Of a stretch of 64,000 nt of DNA, positions 28,701-42,973 are shown piece by piece. The translations under genes were made by a program, and so were the position numbers. This DNA is from the human T2T-CHM13v2.0 reference genome, Homo sapiens: assembly GCF_009914755.1 (NCBI RefSeq), contig NC_060925.1, one strand, 5' to 3'. The notes under the pieces are model-generated. The model was not told the DNA's origin. It made no database searches and was given only the letters and a program-made list of their open reading frames with translations. Position 1 is the stretch's first letter, and every line of letters starts with the position of its first letter.

Positions 28701-30344
28701 ACTATTCAAGGAGAGAAAAATGAATAATATAAAATTTCTTAAGAGCCTGCTTGTGGTCTTTTAAGTGATGAGGATTGCAGATCATGCTAGTACTTTATTC
28801 CATTGGATAAACTTTAAGAAATTATGTAACAATTTTATTTTTACAGTCTAATTTTTGTAATACACTGGAAAATCCAATCTTCTTTTGCTTTTAAAATTTG
28901 GGATAAAAAATTGTAGCTTTCCACTTAGAAAGGTGTAAGAGGTAACATAGTGTTCCAGGATATTTTTGGAGGTATAGGAGCAAAAATATTGCTGCTGAAG
29001 AGCACAACTCTGCAGCCTTCATGAAGGGGACCTGAGTGCTTGCCTTTGAACCTGGGCTTTGCCTCTATTCAGACAGATTGCAGAAGGAGTGCAACGATTT
29101 TAAATTTAGTGGTACTCTTCCTGTGGAAGTGGTTTTCTCCCTGAACAGAGTATTTCTAGGGATTTCCCTGGCTTTGGGGCCAGCTCACAAGAGTGTGTAG
29201 GGCGAAGGAGTCGGTGAGGCTCCCAGTCTCCCATCACAGTGGCCAACCCTACCCACTGTTTCCTGCTTTGACTTGTTTGTTTAAACTTTTAAATAAGATT
29301 TGGTTTAAACAAAATTTCCAAAAAGAGATGTTTCCCATTTTAACCTGTTTGTTTGTTTGTTTGAACTTTTTTTAAGCAAAATTTCATCAGCAAATTCTCT
29401 ACCACACAAGATAAAACAAAGTGAGAGAGAGCGAGACAACTTGTTTTAAACATTTGAAGGTTTTAGAGGACTGGTACAGTGCTTTTGATGAAGGCACAAC
29501 ATCTAAGAAAGGAAAATGCAAGTCAGTGTGCATCCCCTGCTTTAATCTGACATACTTTTCTGTTTCTATGCATCACCAAATACCAAGATTCACCTCTTAC
29601 AGGTTATTTCAGAGCTATGGGAGACCATAAAGGTCACTTCCAAGCCAACTTAGCATTTATCTGCTGTTCTGCAGGAAGTCTTTCAGACTTCGAATGCCTA
29701 AGATGGGGCAGCCACCACTCCCCACCACTGAGACTCAGTGAGCGTAAATGATTTGCCCAAGCTTGCTCACATGAATGTGCATAGGGTTAACACAGTTATT
29801 CTTATTCTTCCAGGGCTTATGAATTTTGAAAATCTGATAAAAGCCGTGGTCAGATTTCTTCAAAACAAATGCATGCTTGCAGTAGTTTAGAGAATCTCAG
29901 ATGGTTCATGACCTACTAAGTCTGTCCATGTTTAATGTGGCCCAAGTTCAAGATTCTGTGTTAACTGTAAGGCAACTGATAGGGATTTTGTGTGGAGGTA
30001 TGGAGAATGGATGATGTTTAAAAATCTTCTTTGAGTAACAGTTTTCCTCTGAAACCTGCTTGGGGTGGGCAGGCCTTCTCATACCTGCTCCTACTCTGCA
30101 TTATAGTCTGCAGGATGCTGCTCTGTCCTGTGTTACTAAGCAAGTTAAATACTAAAACAAGAGGAAATTCCTCTCTAGAAGCATCCACATGCTCTGCTAG
30201 TCTTTAATGTTCTCTGGAAGGCTGGTTCAACTGGAAGTTGCTGGAAAGGAGTCAGAGACTGGGTCATTAGAATAACATCCTGTGCCTGTGTAAGCCTTCA
30301 TTAAGTACCATGATTATCTTTAATTTTACTTTAATAAAGAACTG

Positions 30345-30645
<301 letters not shown>

Positions 30646-30949
30646 TAATAATGATTGCAGGGTGAAGAGAAAAGCAGAGAGAAAGTGGAAGAAGCAAATG
30701 CCTTGACCTAACTTTTCACACAAGGAGGTACCAGAGGCTAGTAGGTGTCCCATGGCTTGCCACGTTCCAGGTGGCTTACAAAGTTGGCAAGAATAGTGCC
30801 ACAGAAAGGAGATCTTGTTCTTTTTGTCTACATTGTAGACCACAGCTTTGTGCTTTTAGAAAGGCGGAATCAAACAATGTCCCTCCCTTGACCCTTTGTC
30901 CTCCTGCCCACATCTGCCTGTTTCTCTCCTTCCTCTTATAGCTAAACTT

Positions 30950-32175
30950 TCTTAACTTCCTTGCCTCCCCCTTACTCTCCAGCCCACTGCCCGACCATCC
31001 TATCAAAGTGTCCCTGCAAACTTCATTGCTGACATCCTCATTACCAAACCAAATGAAGACTTTCCACCCTTATCTTCCTTGACCTTTCTGTAGCAGTAAA
31101 TACCACTACTTCCTTTTGCCTAAAATGCTTCCCTTAGCTCTTCTGTTGTTCTTCTGCTCTAATGTTTGAGAAACTTTTCTGAGTCTTCTTCTGAATCTAC
31201 CTCAATCCTCTGCCTTCCCTTGCAGAGGTAAGTGTTTCTCTAGGTTCCCACCTCCATGGCCCTATTCTCTTCTCATTCTTCTGCTTTCCTGGGAAGTAAA
31301 GATGACCTCCTTATGGTCATCTGTTTCCAATGTCCTCTAATCAGCATCTCCGTTTCTGAATATTCTCTTGAGCAGGAGGTCCACAATTTAAATGCGCAAC
31401 AAACATGTGAGCATACAGCTGAGGAAGCTACTGACAGAGGCTTCTCAAGGGCAAGGACTATTACTTACTCAGGTCTGAATCCCCAGCCATGGTAGGGCAC
31501 ATACTCAATACTCAATAAACATTTTATGGATAAATATATGAATGAATAATGGCAGAGGAATAACTGAAAGTAAGACAAAAATATGCTAAATAAGAAAATG
31601 TTGGAAAAATACATAATAATTATAACTGAATGCATTACTTTTACAGTAGTGATAATAGCTAAGTGAACAAATAAAATGGTGAAAACAGACATAATTCCAG
31701 TCCTCATAGAATGCACATTCTATTGGTAGAGAAGACAATGAAACAAATACTAATAACTACACAACAGTACTAAACAAGTAAACATGAAAAATATTAACAG
31801 AATATAGCCATAAGTGCTAGGTAGGAAATGAAACTTATGTGATAGAATGACTGTGTCACTATGTTGGTCAGGAACGTCAGGGAAGACCTCTTTAATGAGA
31901 TAATGTTTAAGTGGAGAGAAGAATGACTGCAAGAAACCAGCCAGTGAGAAGCAGGAAGAAGAGCATTAAAGGAAGAAGAAAAAGCTATTTCAAAGGCCTT
32001 AAGGTGGAAGCAAACTGCAGTGTGTTCAAAGAACATGAAGACATTAGTGTGGCCAGAATGGAATGAGCAATGGAGAGAAAAATACGAGCCGGGGGTAGTG
32101 ACAGATCACATCGGGCTTTGGGATCCAAAACAAGGGGATGAGATTTTATTCTAAGTGCAATGATAAGCCAACGGA
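30950..32175. mobile_element. L2 fragments
   Basis: L2-like motifs (gacctttctgtagcag, ctcaataaacatt, gattttattctaagtgcaatgataagcca). Confidence 0.6.
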
Positions 32176-32177
32176 AG

Positions 32178-32449
<272 letters not shown>

Positions 32450-32572
32450 CTAGAGGTTAACTGAAAAGGTAGTTTGAGACCATATCTTGTGGGTCACAAA
32501 TACCAGTTGGCAGAAGGGATACTTCTGAACAGAGAAGTATCATGAACACATGCACTTAATGGTGGTATGATT

Positions 32573-32850
32573 TTTTTTGTGGGGCTGGGGGACAGGGTCT
32601 TGCTCTGTTGCCCAGGCTGAAGTGCAGTGGCATGATCTGGGTTCACTGAAACCTCCACCTCCTGGCCTCAAGTGATCTTCCCATCTCAGCCTCCTGAGTA
32701 ACTGGGACTACAGGCATGCATCACCACACCCGGCTAATTTTTTGTAGAGATAAGTTCTCACTATATTGCCCAGGCTGGCCTGGAGCCCCTGGGCTCAAGC
32801 AATACTTTTTCTTTGGCCTCCAAAAATGCTGATATTATAGGGGTGAGAGT
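32573..32850 (-). mobile_element. AluJ
   Basis: gacagggtcttgctctgttgcccaggctg...ggcctccaaaaatgctgatattatagg. Confidence 0.9.
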
Positions 32851-33770
32851 AGTGCGATACTTTTTTTTTTTTAAATGAGTTACAATCAGGGAGATTGCAC
32901 TGCAAAAGAAGAGGCTATTGCAATGGTCCCAGTGAGAGTTAAAGAGGGACTGGTTTGGTCTGGCATCAGTGGGAATGCAAATAGGGGAGGTGAATATGAG
33001 AGTTGTTGAGGATGCAGAACTATACAACTTGTTGGTAGCAAAGCCCAGATGTTACAAGCTATTACAGCTAATACATTAGTTCCCTTATGTTTCTGGACGG
33101 TGGTGGTGTTAGTGGTGTGGCACAGATATTGGTAGCCCAGCTTAGGGGTGGAAAAAGAAATACAGTGAGAAAAGAGGTTGTCTCTAAGCCAAAGAGCAAA
33201 TTATGAATATAGACAAGAAGGGACCCAGGACATCAACACTTAGAATCCAAGCATATATTTAATTTAGACTACCAATTGCCATTATTTTGAGTAAAATATT
33301 AGCATTAAAAATAAAGTACGACACTTAAAATTTTTTAAAAAGTCTATTGGATCAGAGATGAGTTATATCTCTACAAATAGTGAGGATTTGCTCTGTATTT
33401 GACTTCATGAAGTTTCTGATTTACTTTTTAATCAAAAAGATTAGACACCTTGAAGACAATATAATGAATGTCATTTATAAAACCACTGTGTGCCTACTCT
33501 CTAGGTTTAGGTCCAGGGTTTTTTCTAAACACAGTTTTTTATGTAGTAAGTCATTTTGATTTTTGAGGATTTGATCAATAAGCTTCTACTTAAAGATCTC
33601 TGAAGATGCACATTCTAAGAGCTGGTGGCTAGCCCAGGAGAGTCTGAACTATTTTAGTTGCATTTTGAAAAACAGGTAATGAAAAGAAGAGTAAGGACTG
33701 GAAGCCACATAAGGTGGTTAAAAGGTATAAATGGACGAAAATCCAGACCTGCTCCTTAGCCCACTAAAAC

Positions 33771-34071
33771 TTTTTTTTTGTTTTGTTTTTGAGACAAGTC
33801 TTGCTCTGTCACCCAGGCTGGAGTTCAGTGGTGTGATCTCAACTCACTGCCACCTCCACCTCCTGGGTTCAAGAGATTGTCCTGCCTCAGCCTCCTGAGT
33901 AGCTGGGATTACAGGCACATGCCAACATGCCCAGCCAGTTTTTGTAAGTTTAGTAAATATGGTGTTTCACCATGTTGGCCAGGCTGCTCTTGAACTCTCG
34001 ACTTCAAGTGATCTATGCGCCTCGGCCTCCCAAAGTGCTGGGATTACAGGCATGAGCCACTGAGCCCGGCC
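33771..34071 (-). mobile_element. AluS
   Basis: polyT-gagacaagtcttgc...gagccactgagcccggcc; TSD tagcccactaaaac / tagcccgctaaaac. Confidence 0.95.
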
Positions 34072-35000
34072 ATAGCCCGCTAAAACTTTGACAAACATCA
34101 GTGCAATTTAACTATAAGTTCCCAATCAAGAGCTACTCCTCTGAGATCTATCTGATTGAAAATACCCCACCAGAAAAACCTTATCCTCATTTTCTCAGGT
34201 CCTAAAAGTTAATTAAAGCCACTCTCTGAACTTGAAGCAAAATTTACACAGGCAGTTTGAGGTTTCTGAATCTTTGGGGCCAAATGTGCTCAGAGGAAAA
34301 GGAAGAGGTCTTGTCTTTGAAATATTAAAAACCATTCCAGGGCTGGGGCCTTAGCACTTCGCTGTAGAGCTCAAGCCTAATTTCAGGGTACCAAGAGAGG
34401 GGCTTCTGAACATAAAGCCCAGGAGGCAATCGAGAAGGGTTCTTACCCTGGGATCCACATGGAGGTCTGGGAACCTCCTGTGGTTGTCTCTAAAGGTTGG
34501 TGTTTATGTCGATGTTTTTGCTTTCATCTGGGAAAGACAAGTTGTAACTTTCATCAAAATCTCAAAGAACTCTCTGATCCAATAAGTTCATACCTTTGAA
34601 ATAGAGGAGGATGCCAAGGAGAGTAGAAGGAAGAGAGGAATAACTGCTCATTTAAGTTAACCAATTCAGAAGTATGACATGCAAAAAGACAGGACAAAAG
34701 TAATTCATATCCTTAGGTCATTGTGGTTCAAACTTAAGACAGGCTCAAACTCCTTCCTCTTCTCTTTATCATACTCTTATTCCTGTTTTCCCCAACACAG
34801 AAACCCACATTATAAGTACTTGAAAAGTGTGCTATAGTAAAGCAAAGCAGTAGGATGAATCAGGTGTATGCGGTACTTTTTTCTGGAGTCCCACAGAAAG
34901 GTGCTCAAAAACAGAGACCTGCCTGGTTCCTCCATAGCCACAGACTGCAGGATTTCGGACCCTGGGACTATGTGGGATACTCTTGGAAAGTCTGAGGAAA

Positions 35001-35182
35001 ATTGGAAGTAGCTTAACCATGTGCATTTTATCTAGGTGCATATAACATTGCTGAGTTCAAAATGCCTAGCTATCCTTGGATCTTCCCTGAATTAGAAGTA
35101 GCCTAACCACGTGCATCTTATCCATGAGCATATAACATTGCTGAGTTCAAAATGCCTAGCTATCCTTGGATCTTCCCTGAAT
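35001..35182. repeat. Two-copy 90-bp tandem duplication in intron 1
   Basis: Units start at 35001 and 35091; the distal halves (catataacattgctgagttcaaaatgcctagctatccttggatcttccctgaat) are identical. Confidence 0.95.
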
Positions 35183-35947
35183 CCTAAACCCCACTATTCC
35201 TAAGAATTTTCTTTTTATTGTAACAATAATGGCTAACATTTACTAATCACTTACTATGTGTCAGGCTCAGATCTGGATGCTTTTCAGCAAAATCTTATTT
35301 AATCCTCATGATGAAACTATAGAGTATTATTACTATATCCATTTTATAGAAGAAGAAACTGAGTCATTAACAAGATTGAGTCTTAGGGCAGAAAAGGAAA
35401 CTATGTGGATATTCCAGATCAGTCCCAGAAGATTCATAGGCTCACAGAAAGAAATGGGAGGGATGGGGATGAGAAACTATTCAATTGTAAGCTTGTCCCA
35501 GGGCACCTACCCAGTCTTCCATTTATTCCATCATTTATCCCAGAGAGAAGTACAGTCTTGGAAAATGGGGTGACAGGTTTACCATGATCTATTCTCAGAG
35601 AGCCCCTATAAATTCTAGTAGGAGGAACAGCACCTGCGGAGCCAGAGGACAGGCCCCAGATCCCAACATCATGTAGCCTAACAGTGAAGCTTAGATAAAA
35701 CACAGCCTCTGTAAACCACGATGGCTTTATTTGTAAAATAGAAATAGCAACCTCAACTCACAAGGGTGTTGGGAGGGTCAAAGTGGACAGCAAGTTTAAA
35801 AGTACTCACAAAATCTAATAGGCAATTCAACATAAAACTCCATGGCTATCGCTGTTCCTCACTTTCTGAACCTTTACCTGCCTGACTTTACCCCATACCA
35901 CTCCAACTCACTTCAACCACTTCCCATGCAGAAAAAAATAAACTCAC

Positions 35948-35950
35948 CAT
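35948..35950 (-). CDS. SELP: SELP exon 1 coding part: the ATG only, with 5'UTR upstream to about 36010 or beyond
   Basis: Minus strand ...CACAGAGGAGATG|gtgagtt, a strong donor directly after ATG; joins exon 2 in phase 0. Confidence 0.95.
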
Positions 35951-36082
35951 CTCCTCTGTGACTCTGCTGGTTTTCTGCCTTCTGCCCAACCCAGACTGCT
36001 TACAGTCTCACTGCCTCCCCTCAGTGTCAGGCTGTTTAGAAAAACAACTTCCTATTCACATTCCAGAAACTCACCACAGCCC

Positions 36083-36092
36083 TTCCCATGAA
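36083..36092. promoter_or_regulatory. STAT6-type site TTC-N4-GAA (about -142 from ATG)
   Basis: ttcccatgaa; position agrees with my recollection of an IL-4/STAT6 site in the human SELP promoter. Confidence 0.75.
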
Positions 36093-36102
36093 GTTAGAAT
36101 GT

Positions 36103-36108
36103 TGATAA
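36103..36108. promoter_or_regulatory. GATA element (about -158)
   Basis: tgataa (WGATAR); consistent with the known functional SELP promoter GATA site. Confidence 0.8.
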
Positions 36109-36156
36109 TGCAAGAGTAATGTTGGCAGCTTAGAAATAGTGGTTGCCAAGAGGCAA

Positions 36157-36179
36157 GGGGTCACCCCCTTCCATGGAAG
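36157..36179. promoter_or_regulatory. kappaB-like element GGGGGTGACCCC (-218 to -207) abutting palindrome CTTCCATGGAAG (inverted ETS cores / STAT6 TTC-N4-GAA)
   Basis: ggggtcacccccttccatggaag; matches described human P-selectin promoter elements (p50/p52 homodimer site). Confidence 0.85.
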
Positions 36180-36637
36180 ATGGTCTGGAGGCAGGCGCAA
36201 GGTGAATTACTCCTGGATATCCCAGGCTGAGCAATGTGGGAACAGTACACACACAAAGGTTTCCTTGGATTATGATATAAGCTCCAATTTAAAGTAGTAC
36301 ATTTGGAAAACATGCTTTGAATTAATTACAATGTGATTTTCCAGTGCCCATTTTCCAGTAATTATGACATGTCAGTGAATGTTTACTATTCCGGCAGCCT
36401 TCTGAGGGAAAGAAGCAAAATTAGTAGCACAAAAAAAAATAGAGAGAAATGGAAAAAGCCACTAACAGTTTTCTGGCGCTTGGGAAATTTTATTGGTAAG
36501 TTTCAAAATGACGTATTAAATAGACATAGGTCATGTGAAAGGAATTCTGCTTCTTATATCAGAAATAAAAAGGTATACAAATAGATACCTTTTTATTTTC
36601 CTCTTCCCATGGGATGTGTAGGACCAAAAAGCTGTTG

Positions 36638-36880
36638 GCATAGTGGTTAAGACTTCAGCTGTGCTGTTAAACTGCCCGAGACCCATCCTGGCTCCTCTTC
36701 TGGCTATCTACTGGGCAAACTACTTAAGCTCTCTATGCCTCTGTTTCCTCAACTGTAAAACAGAATAACAGAACTTGCCTCACCGGGTTGTTGTAGGATG
36801 AAATGAGTTAATATGTACAGAGTGATTGAAATGACACTTGGCCCACAATTGATGCTCAACAAATGTTAGTGATTATTATT
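36638..36880 (+). mobile_element. MIR
   Basis: gcatagtggttaag...ctctatgcctctgtttcctcaactgtaaaa...aaatgttag. Confidence 0.8.
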
Positions 36881-37375
36881 ACTTTTCAGATTGATCTCAG
36901 ACAGCAAAATCAAGTATCAAGTATTTAGTTTCAAGTCAGAAAGCCATAACTCCTATTTATACTCTTGGAATTCTATTGTACAGTAGTAGGTATTATTCTT
37001 CATTCACTTCATGATGGTTACAGCTTGTAAATAGGCATCTCATGGATAAATTTAAAATGGAATGAAGTAGAAACATTGGAAGAAAGTCTAAAGGTAAAGA
37101 TGAATTAGGGTATATAAGGCTGCATTTGCACGTTGGAATTTGGGACCAAGAAGAAAAAATTAATTATATAGTAGAAGTAGAAAAGATGGTGAAGGAAATG
37201 CTGTTGAAGGAATGACTGTAGGGGAATAAGGGAAACTTAGAGAGAGGAAAAAATGAGGAACTTCTTGGCAGCATGATGCAGTTCAGAGTCCAGACCCTAG
37301 AGTCAGACTGCCTGGCTCCACCACCTACCAGCTGTGTTGGGCGTTACTAATCTCCCTATAACTCAGTTTCCTCAG

Positions 37376-37738
37376 TGATGTGGTTTGGCTGTGTCCCCAC
37401 CCAAATCTCATCTGGAATTGTAGCTCCCATAATTCCCACAGGTTGTGGGAGGCACCTGGTAGATCATTGAATCATGGGGGTGGTTTCCCCCATACTGTTC
37501 TCATGGTAGTGAATAAGTCGCATGAGAGCTGATGGTTTTATAAGGGGAAACCCCTTTTGTTTGGTTCTCATTTCTCTCTCTTCCCTGCTGCCATGTAAGA
37601 CGTGTCTTTTGCTTTCTACCATGATTGTGAGGACTCCCCATCCACGTGGAACTGTGAGTCCATTAAACCTTTTTTTTTTTAATAAGTTATCCAGTCTCGG
37701 GTATGTCTCTATCAGCATCATGAGAACAGAATAATACA
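37376..37738 (+). mobile_element. Solo THE1-family (MaLR) LTR inserted in a MIR
   Basis: tgatgtggtttggctgtgtccccacccaaatctc...aataca with TG..CA ends; 5-bp TSD ctcag at 37371-37375 and 37739-37743. Confidence 0.93.
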
Positions 37739-38005
37739 CTCAGCAATGTGAATAATAAGGATAATAATCACCAAATACATAGACATGTAAGGACCATTAA
37801 ATGAATTTAATGTGTTTGGAACAATACCTATCACGCTGTTAAGTGTAAGTTTAAGTGTTGGCTATTATTCTATAAGACTTGCCTCCATGTCTTTCTGTTC
37901 TTACTTTCACTCACCAGCTCCTCTTTTTGGCATTGCCTCATGTTAGAAAAAATATATATAGTCTCAGATGGGGATGAAGAAGTGTGGTATGTAGACTAGT
38001 AGGTT

Positions 38006-38297
38006 CTTTTTTTGAGACAGGGTCTCACTCTGCGGCCCAGGCTGGAGTGCAGTGGCATGATTACTGCTTGCTGCAGCCTTGACCTCCTGGGCTCAAGCAA
38101 TTCTCCCACCTCAGCCTCCTGAGTAGCTGGGACTATAGATGTGTGCCATCACTACTGGCTAATTAAAAAAAAAAATCTCTAGAGATAGGGTCTCTCTATA
38201 TTTCCCAGGCTGGTCTTGAATTCCTGGGCTCAAGTGATCCTTTCACCTCAGCCTCCCAAAATGTTGGGATTACAGGCATGAGCCACCATGCCCAGCC
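38006..38297 (-). mobile_element. AluJ
   Basis: gagacagggtctcactc...gagccaccatgcccagcc. Confidence 0.93.
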
Positions 38298-40356
38298 TGG
38301 TAGTTTCTTATTTATAATAAGTTTGATATTAATAAGTTCAATTGATCATATGTTTTTAAGTTTGATATTGTTAAATTTTAGTGAATATAAGGAAAGCATA
38401 AAAAGATTCCTATGCAGGTGACATTAGCAAGATGGTGGAGTAGGAGATGTCAGCCTTATGCCCCAACAAAAAAACAAACATAGACAGTTATACACAAACC
38501 AAAATAGCCCTCACAAGGGTGGGGAGTTGGGGGATGGGGCTCAAGAGCCTGTTAAAGAATTTGGAACAACACAATGGAGAAAAGAAAGAATATTCATGTA
38601 GAAGAATCACCGGTGAGACTGGCATATATGAGACACCAGGAGATAGCTACGAATAAAGAAATTTGTAGGCTATCTGTGTCAGTCATGTGACACAGAGCCA
38701 CTGAGGCCCCCAGTGTCCTGCTCCACAGAGGACACTGGCATCTTTTGTCCAACAGCCATTCCCATAGCAGGATGCTAAAAAGGGAAACACAGTTGCACTA
38801 CCCCTCACACCCCCTCACCAAGAAGCAGCTATTGTTGCACTGCCCCAGGACTGGGGCCAGGGTTACCACCTCTCACAATTCTATGTGTGTTCCTGATCCC
38901 CAAAAGTTGTGGCTGCTCTACAGATATTCACACTCTGGACTGTGGCTCTGTGGCTGCAGTGCACCTCCTCATGTCTCAGACACTGGAGTCACTGCTGTTG
39001 TGAACTAGATCTCACCCTGGGACCCCAAGCCAAGTTCTCTCTGTGAAAGTCTTTGCTCCAGACACTAGTTCAGCCACTGTAGAAAGGTAACCCATATTCT
39101 CAACTCCAGAGCTGCTGTAGTAATGTGCACACCTGCGCTCCAGACCCTGTCTCTGAGGCTGTACTACACACACCCACACCTCCAACACCAGAGCCACCAC
39201 TATAGTGAGCTAGTGAACACCCTGGGTCCTAGAGTCAAGGTTTCTCTGTGCCTGTCCATGCTCTAGTCACCAGCTCAGCCACCAAGGAGAGCTAGCCCAC
39301 ACCCTGGATCCTGGAGCCACTGTAGCTCTGCGTATGCATGCAGTAAAGTCCCTGGCTCCTTAGCTGCTTTATAAGTACCTGCATTTTACACACCATTATC
39401 AATGTGATAGTAAGTATGCCTGTGCCTTGGGCACTGGTACCATTGCTACAATTGAATCTGGTGCTGTGGTCCCTCCATGCATGCCCATGCTTCAGGCCTT
39501 GGCTCTTGGCCACTCCATGGGCACTGTTCATCAGACACCAGTGTCACCACCACCAGGAGCAGGCCTGCAAGTTAGACCTAATTCCAAGAGGGATGTCCTC
39601 AGTCATGACTTCCCAGGTGGGGAAAAAAAGAGATATGGAGGACTTGTCACAATTGAAAACCTCAACAGCCTCATTGCCACTGTAGATACCCACAGTGTTG
39701 GCCTCTAAGGATCCCTGTAGTATTCACTAACACCAACCTCAGCTGACAGATCTGCATGGAGACCACACAGCTTTGCCCCTACTGAAGTCAGAACTTTTGC
39801 ATCCCACCCAGCCAGCATCCTCGCATTATTCCACATAAGAAGGTATTTCTCCACCAAAGTCAGCCCATACAGCCTGAAATTGGGGCAGATCCACCAGATG
39901 CTCAGACAGCAGTGTAAGGCAGCAAGAAACATGAAAACCCAAATTAAAATATCACCACCTAAGAAACACAATAATTTCCCAGTAGCTGACCCAAAAGAAA
40001 TGGAGTACTACAAATGGCCTGACAATGGATTCAAGATAATTGTTTTTAAAGAAGCTCAGTTACTTTGAAGCAAACACAGAGAAACAATTTGGTGAAATCA
40101 GAGAAACAATAAATGCACAACATAAGAAATGTAACAGAAAGATTGAAATCATAAAAGAAATTGGAGCTGAAAAATATAATGAATGAAGTGAGAAATGCAG
40201 TAGAAATCACCAGTAGCAGACTTGATCAAGCAGAAGAAAGAATCTGTGAACTGAAGACAGGTTTTTGAAAATATACAGTGAGAGGAGAAAAAAGAATGAA
40301 AAGAAATGATGAAAGCCTACAAGATTTATGGGACAGCATCAAGAGAGCTAACATTC

Positions 40357-40660
<304 letters not shown>

Positions 40661-42889
40661 ATTAAAAATTAAAAAAGAGAGCTAATGTTCACATTACAGT
40701 AGTTTAAGAAGGAGAAAATAGAGGAAAAGGGGGTCAGAAAGCATATTTAAAGATTGCTAGCTGAAAATTTCCCAAATCTGAAATAAAATATTAATATTCA
40801 GGTACAGGAAGCTTAAAAATCTCCAGTCAGGTTCAATCCAAAAAAGACTACACCAAGACATAATAATCAAACTATCAAAAATCAAAGACAAAGACAGGAT
40901 CCTAAAATCAGCAAGAGAAAAGAAGCATATCACAGACAAGAATTGCAATAAGGCTATCACAAGATTTCTCAGCAGAATGCTTCTAGGCCCAGAGAGAGTG
41001 AGATGATATATTCAAAGTGTTGAAAGAGAAAAAACTGCCAACCAAGAGTCCCATCCTTCAGAAATAAAGAAGAGATAAAGACTTTCCCAAACAAATAAAA
41101 GCTGAGGTAGTTCATCAACACGAGACCTGCCTTACAAGAAATGTTAAAGGGAATTCTTCAAGCTGAAAGAAAGGGATGTTAATTAATTACATGAAAATCT
41201 ACGAAAGTATAAAAGTCACAGGTAAAAATAAAAATACAGTCAAATTCAGAATTTTCCAATATTATAATTGTGCTGTATAAATCACTTATATCTTTAGAAT
41301 GAAGGTTAAAAGACAAAACTATTAAAAATAATTATAACCACAATAAGTTAACAGATACACAATATAAAAGATGTAAATTATAACATCAAAAACATAAAGT
41401 CTGAAAAATATTAAAAACCTATAAAATGTGGAGGGAGAGTAAAAGTGTGGAGTTTTTTTATCCTTGAAGTTAAATTTTATCAGCTTAAAATAGCCTGTTA
41501 TAACTATTATATGTTTTATCTAAGTCTCACAGTAACTACAAAGCAACAACATCACATTAAAAGGATTATTCACCATGATCATGTGTAATTTACCCCTGGG
41601 ATGCAAGGATGGTTCAACATAAGAAAATCTATAAATGTGATACACACATTAGCAGAATGAAGGACAAAAGCCATATAATCATCTCAATATATGCAGAAAA
41701 AGCATTTGACAAATTTTACCATAATTTTATGATAACAATTGGTAAAGAAGGAATAGTGCCCTCAGGCAATAGGAAGGAATAATACCCTCAGGTGTGGAAA
41801 GAAAGTAACTTCAACAAAATAAAGGCCATATACATAAGCCCACAGCTAACATTATAGTCAATAGTGAAAGGTTGAAAGCTTTTCCTGTAAGATCAGGAGC
41901 AAGGCAAGGATATTCACTTTTGCCACTTCTATGCAGCACAGTACTGGAAATCCAAGCCAGAGTAATTGGGCAAGAGAAAGAAATAAAAGACATCCAAATC
42001 ACAAGAACTTGTCTATGATTTCAGACAACATGATCTTATATATAGAAAACCCTAAAACATGATCTTATATGTAGAAAACCCTAAAGACTTCATAAAAAAA
42101 ACTTTTAGAACTAATAAATGAATTTAGTATAGTTACAGGATACAAAATCAACATGCAAAAATCAGCAGTGTTTCTCATACACTAACAACAAACTATCTGA
42201 AAAAGAAATTAAGAAAATAATCTCATTATACCAGCTACAAAAAAACACACTTAGGAATAAATTTAACCAAAAAGATAAAAGATCTATATACTGAAAACCA
42301 TGAAACAAATTGAAGAAGACAAAGGAATTGAAAGATATCCCATATTTATGAATTTGAAAAATTAATATTGTTAAAATGTCTATACTACCCAAAGCAGTCT
42401 GCAGATTCAATGTAATTCCTATCAAAATTTCAATGGCATTTTTCAGAGAAATAAAAAATAACAATCTTGAAATTCATATAGAACCACAAAAAAATCCTGA
42501 ATAGCCAAAGCAATCTTAAGCAAAAAGAACAAAGCTAGAAGCAGCACACTGCCTGATTTCAAAATATACTACAAAGCTATAGTAATTCAAACAGCATACT
42601 GGCATAAAAATAGATACTTAGACCAATGAAACATAGTAGAAAGACAAGGAATAGATTCATGCATTTACAGTCAATTGATTTTTGATAAAGATGCCAAGAA
42701 CATTCAATGGTGAAAGGAGGGTCTCTTTAATAAATGATATTGGGAAAACTGGATATCTATATAAAGAAGCTTGAAATTGGATTCTTGTCTCACATACATA
42801 AATCAAAGGAAAATGGATTAAAGACTTAAATATAAGTCCTGAAACTATAAAACGATTAGAAGAAAACACACATAAAAAGCTCCATGACA

Positions 42890-42973
42890 GCTTGCAGTGA
42901 GCCGAGATCGCGCCACTGCACTCCAGCCTGGGCGACAGAGCAAGACTCCGTCTCAAAAAAAAAAAAAAAAAAA
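42890..42973 (+). mobile_element. Heavily 5'-truncated AluY-like insertion with a perfect TSD
   Basis: gcttgcagtgagccgagatcgcgccactgcactccagcctgggcgacagagcaagactccgtctc-polyA; TSD aaaaagctccatgaca. Confidence 0.93.
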
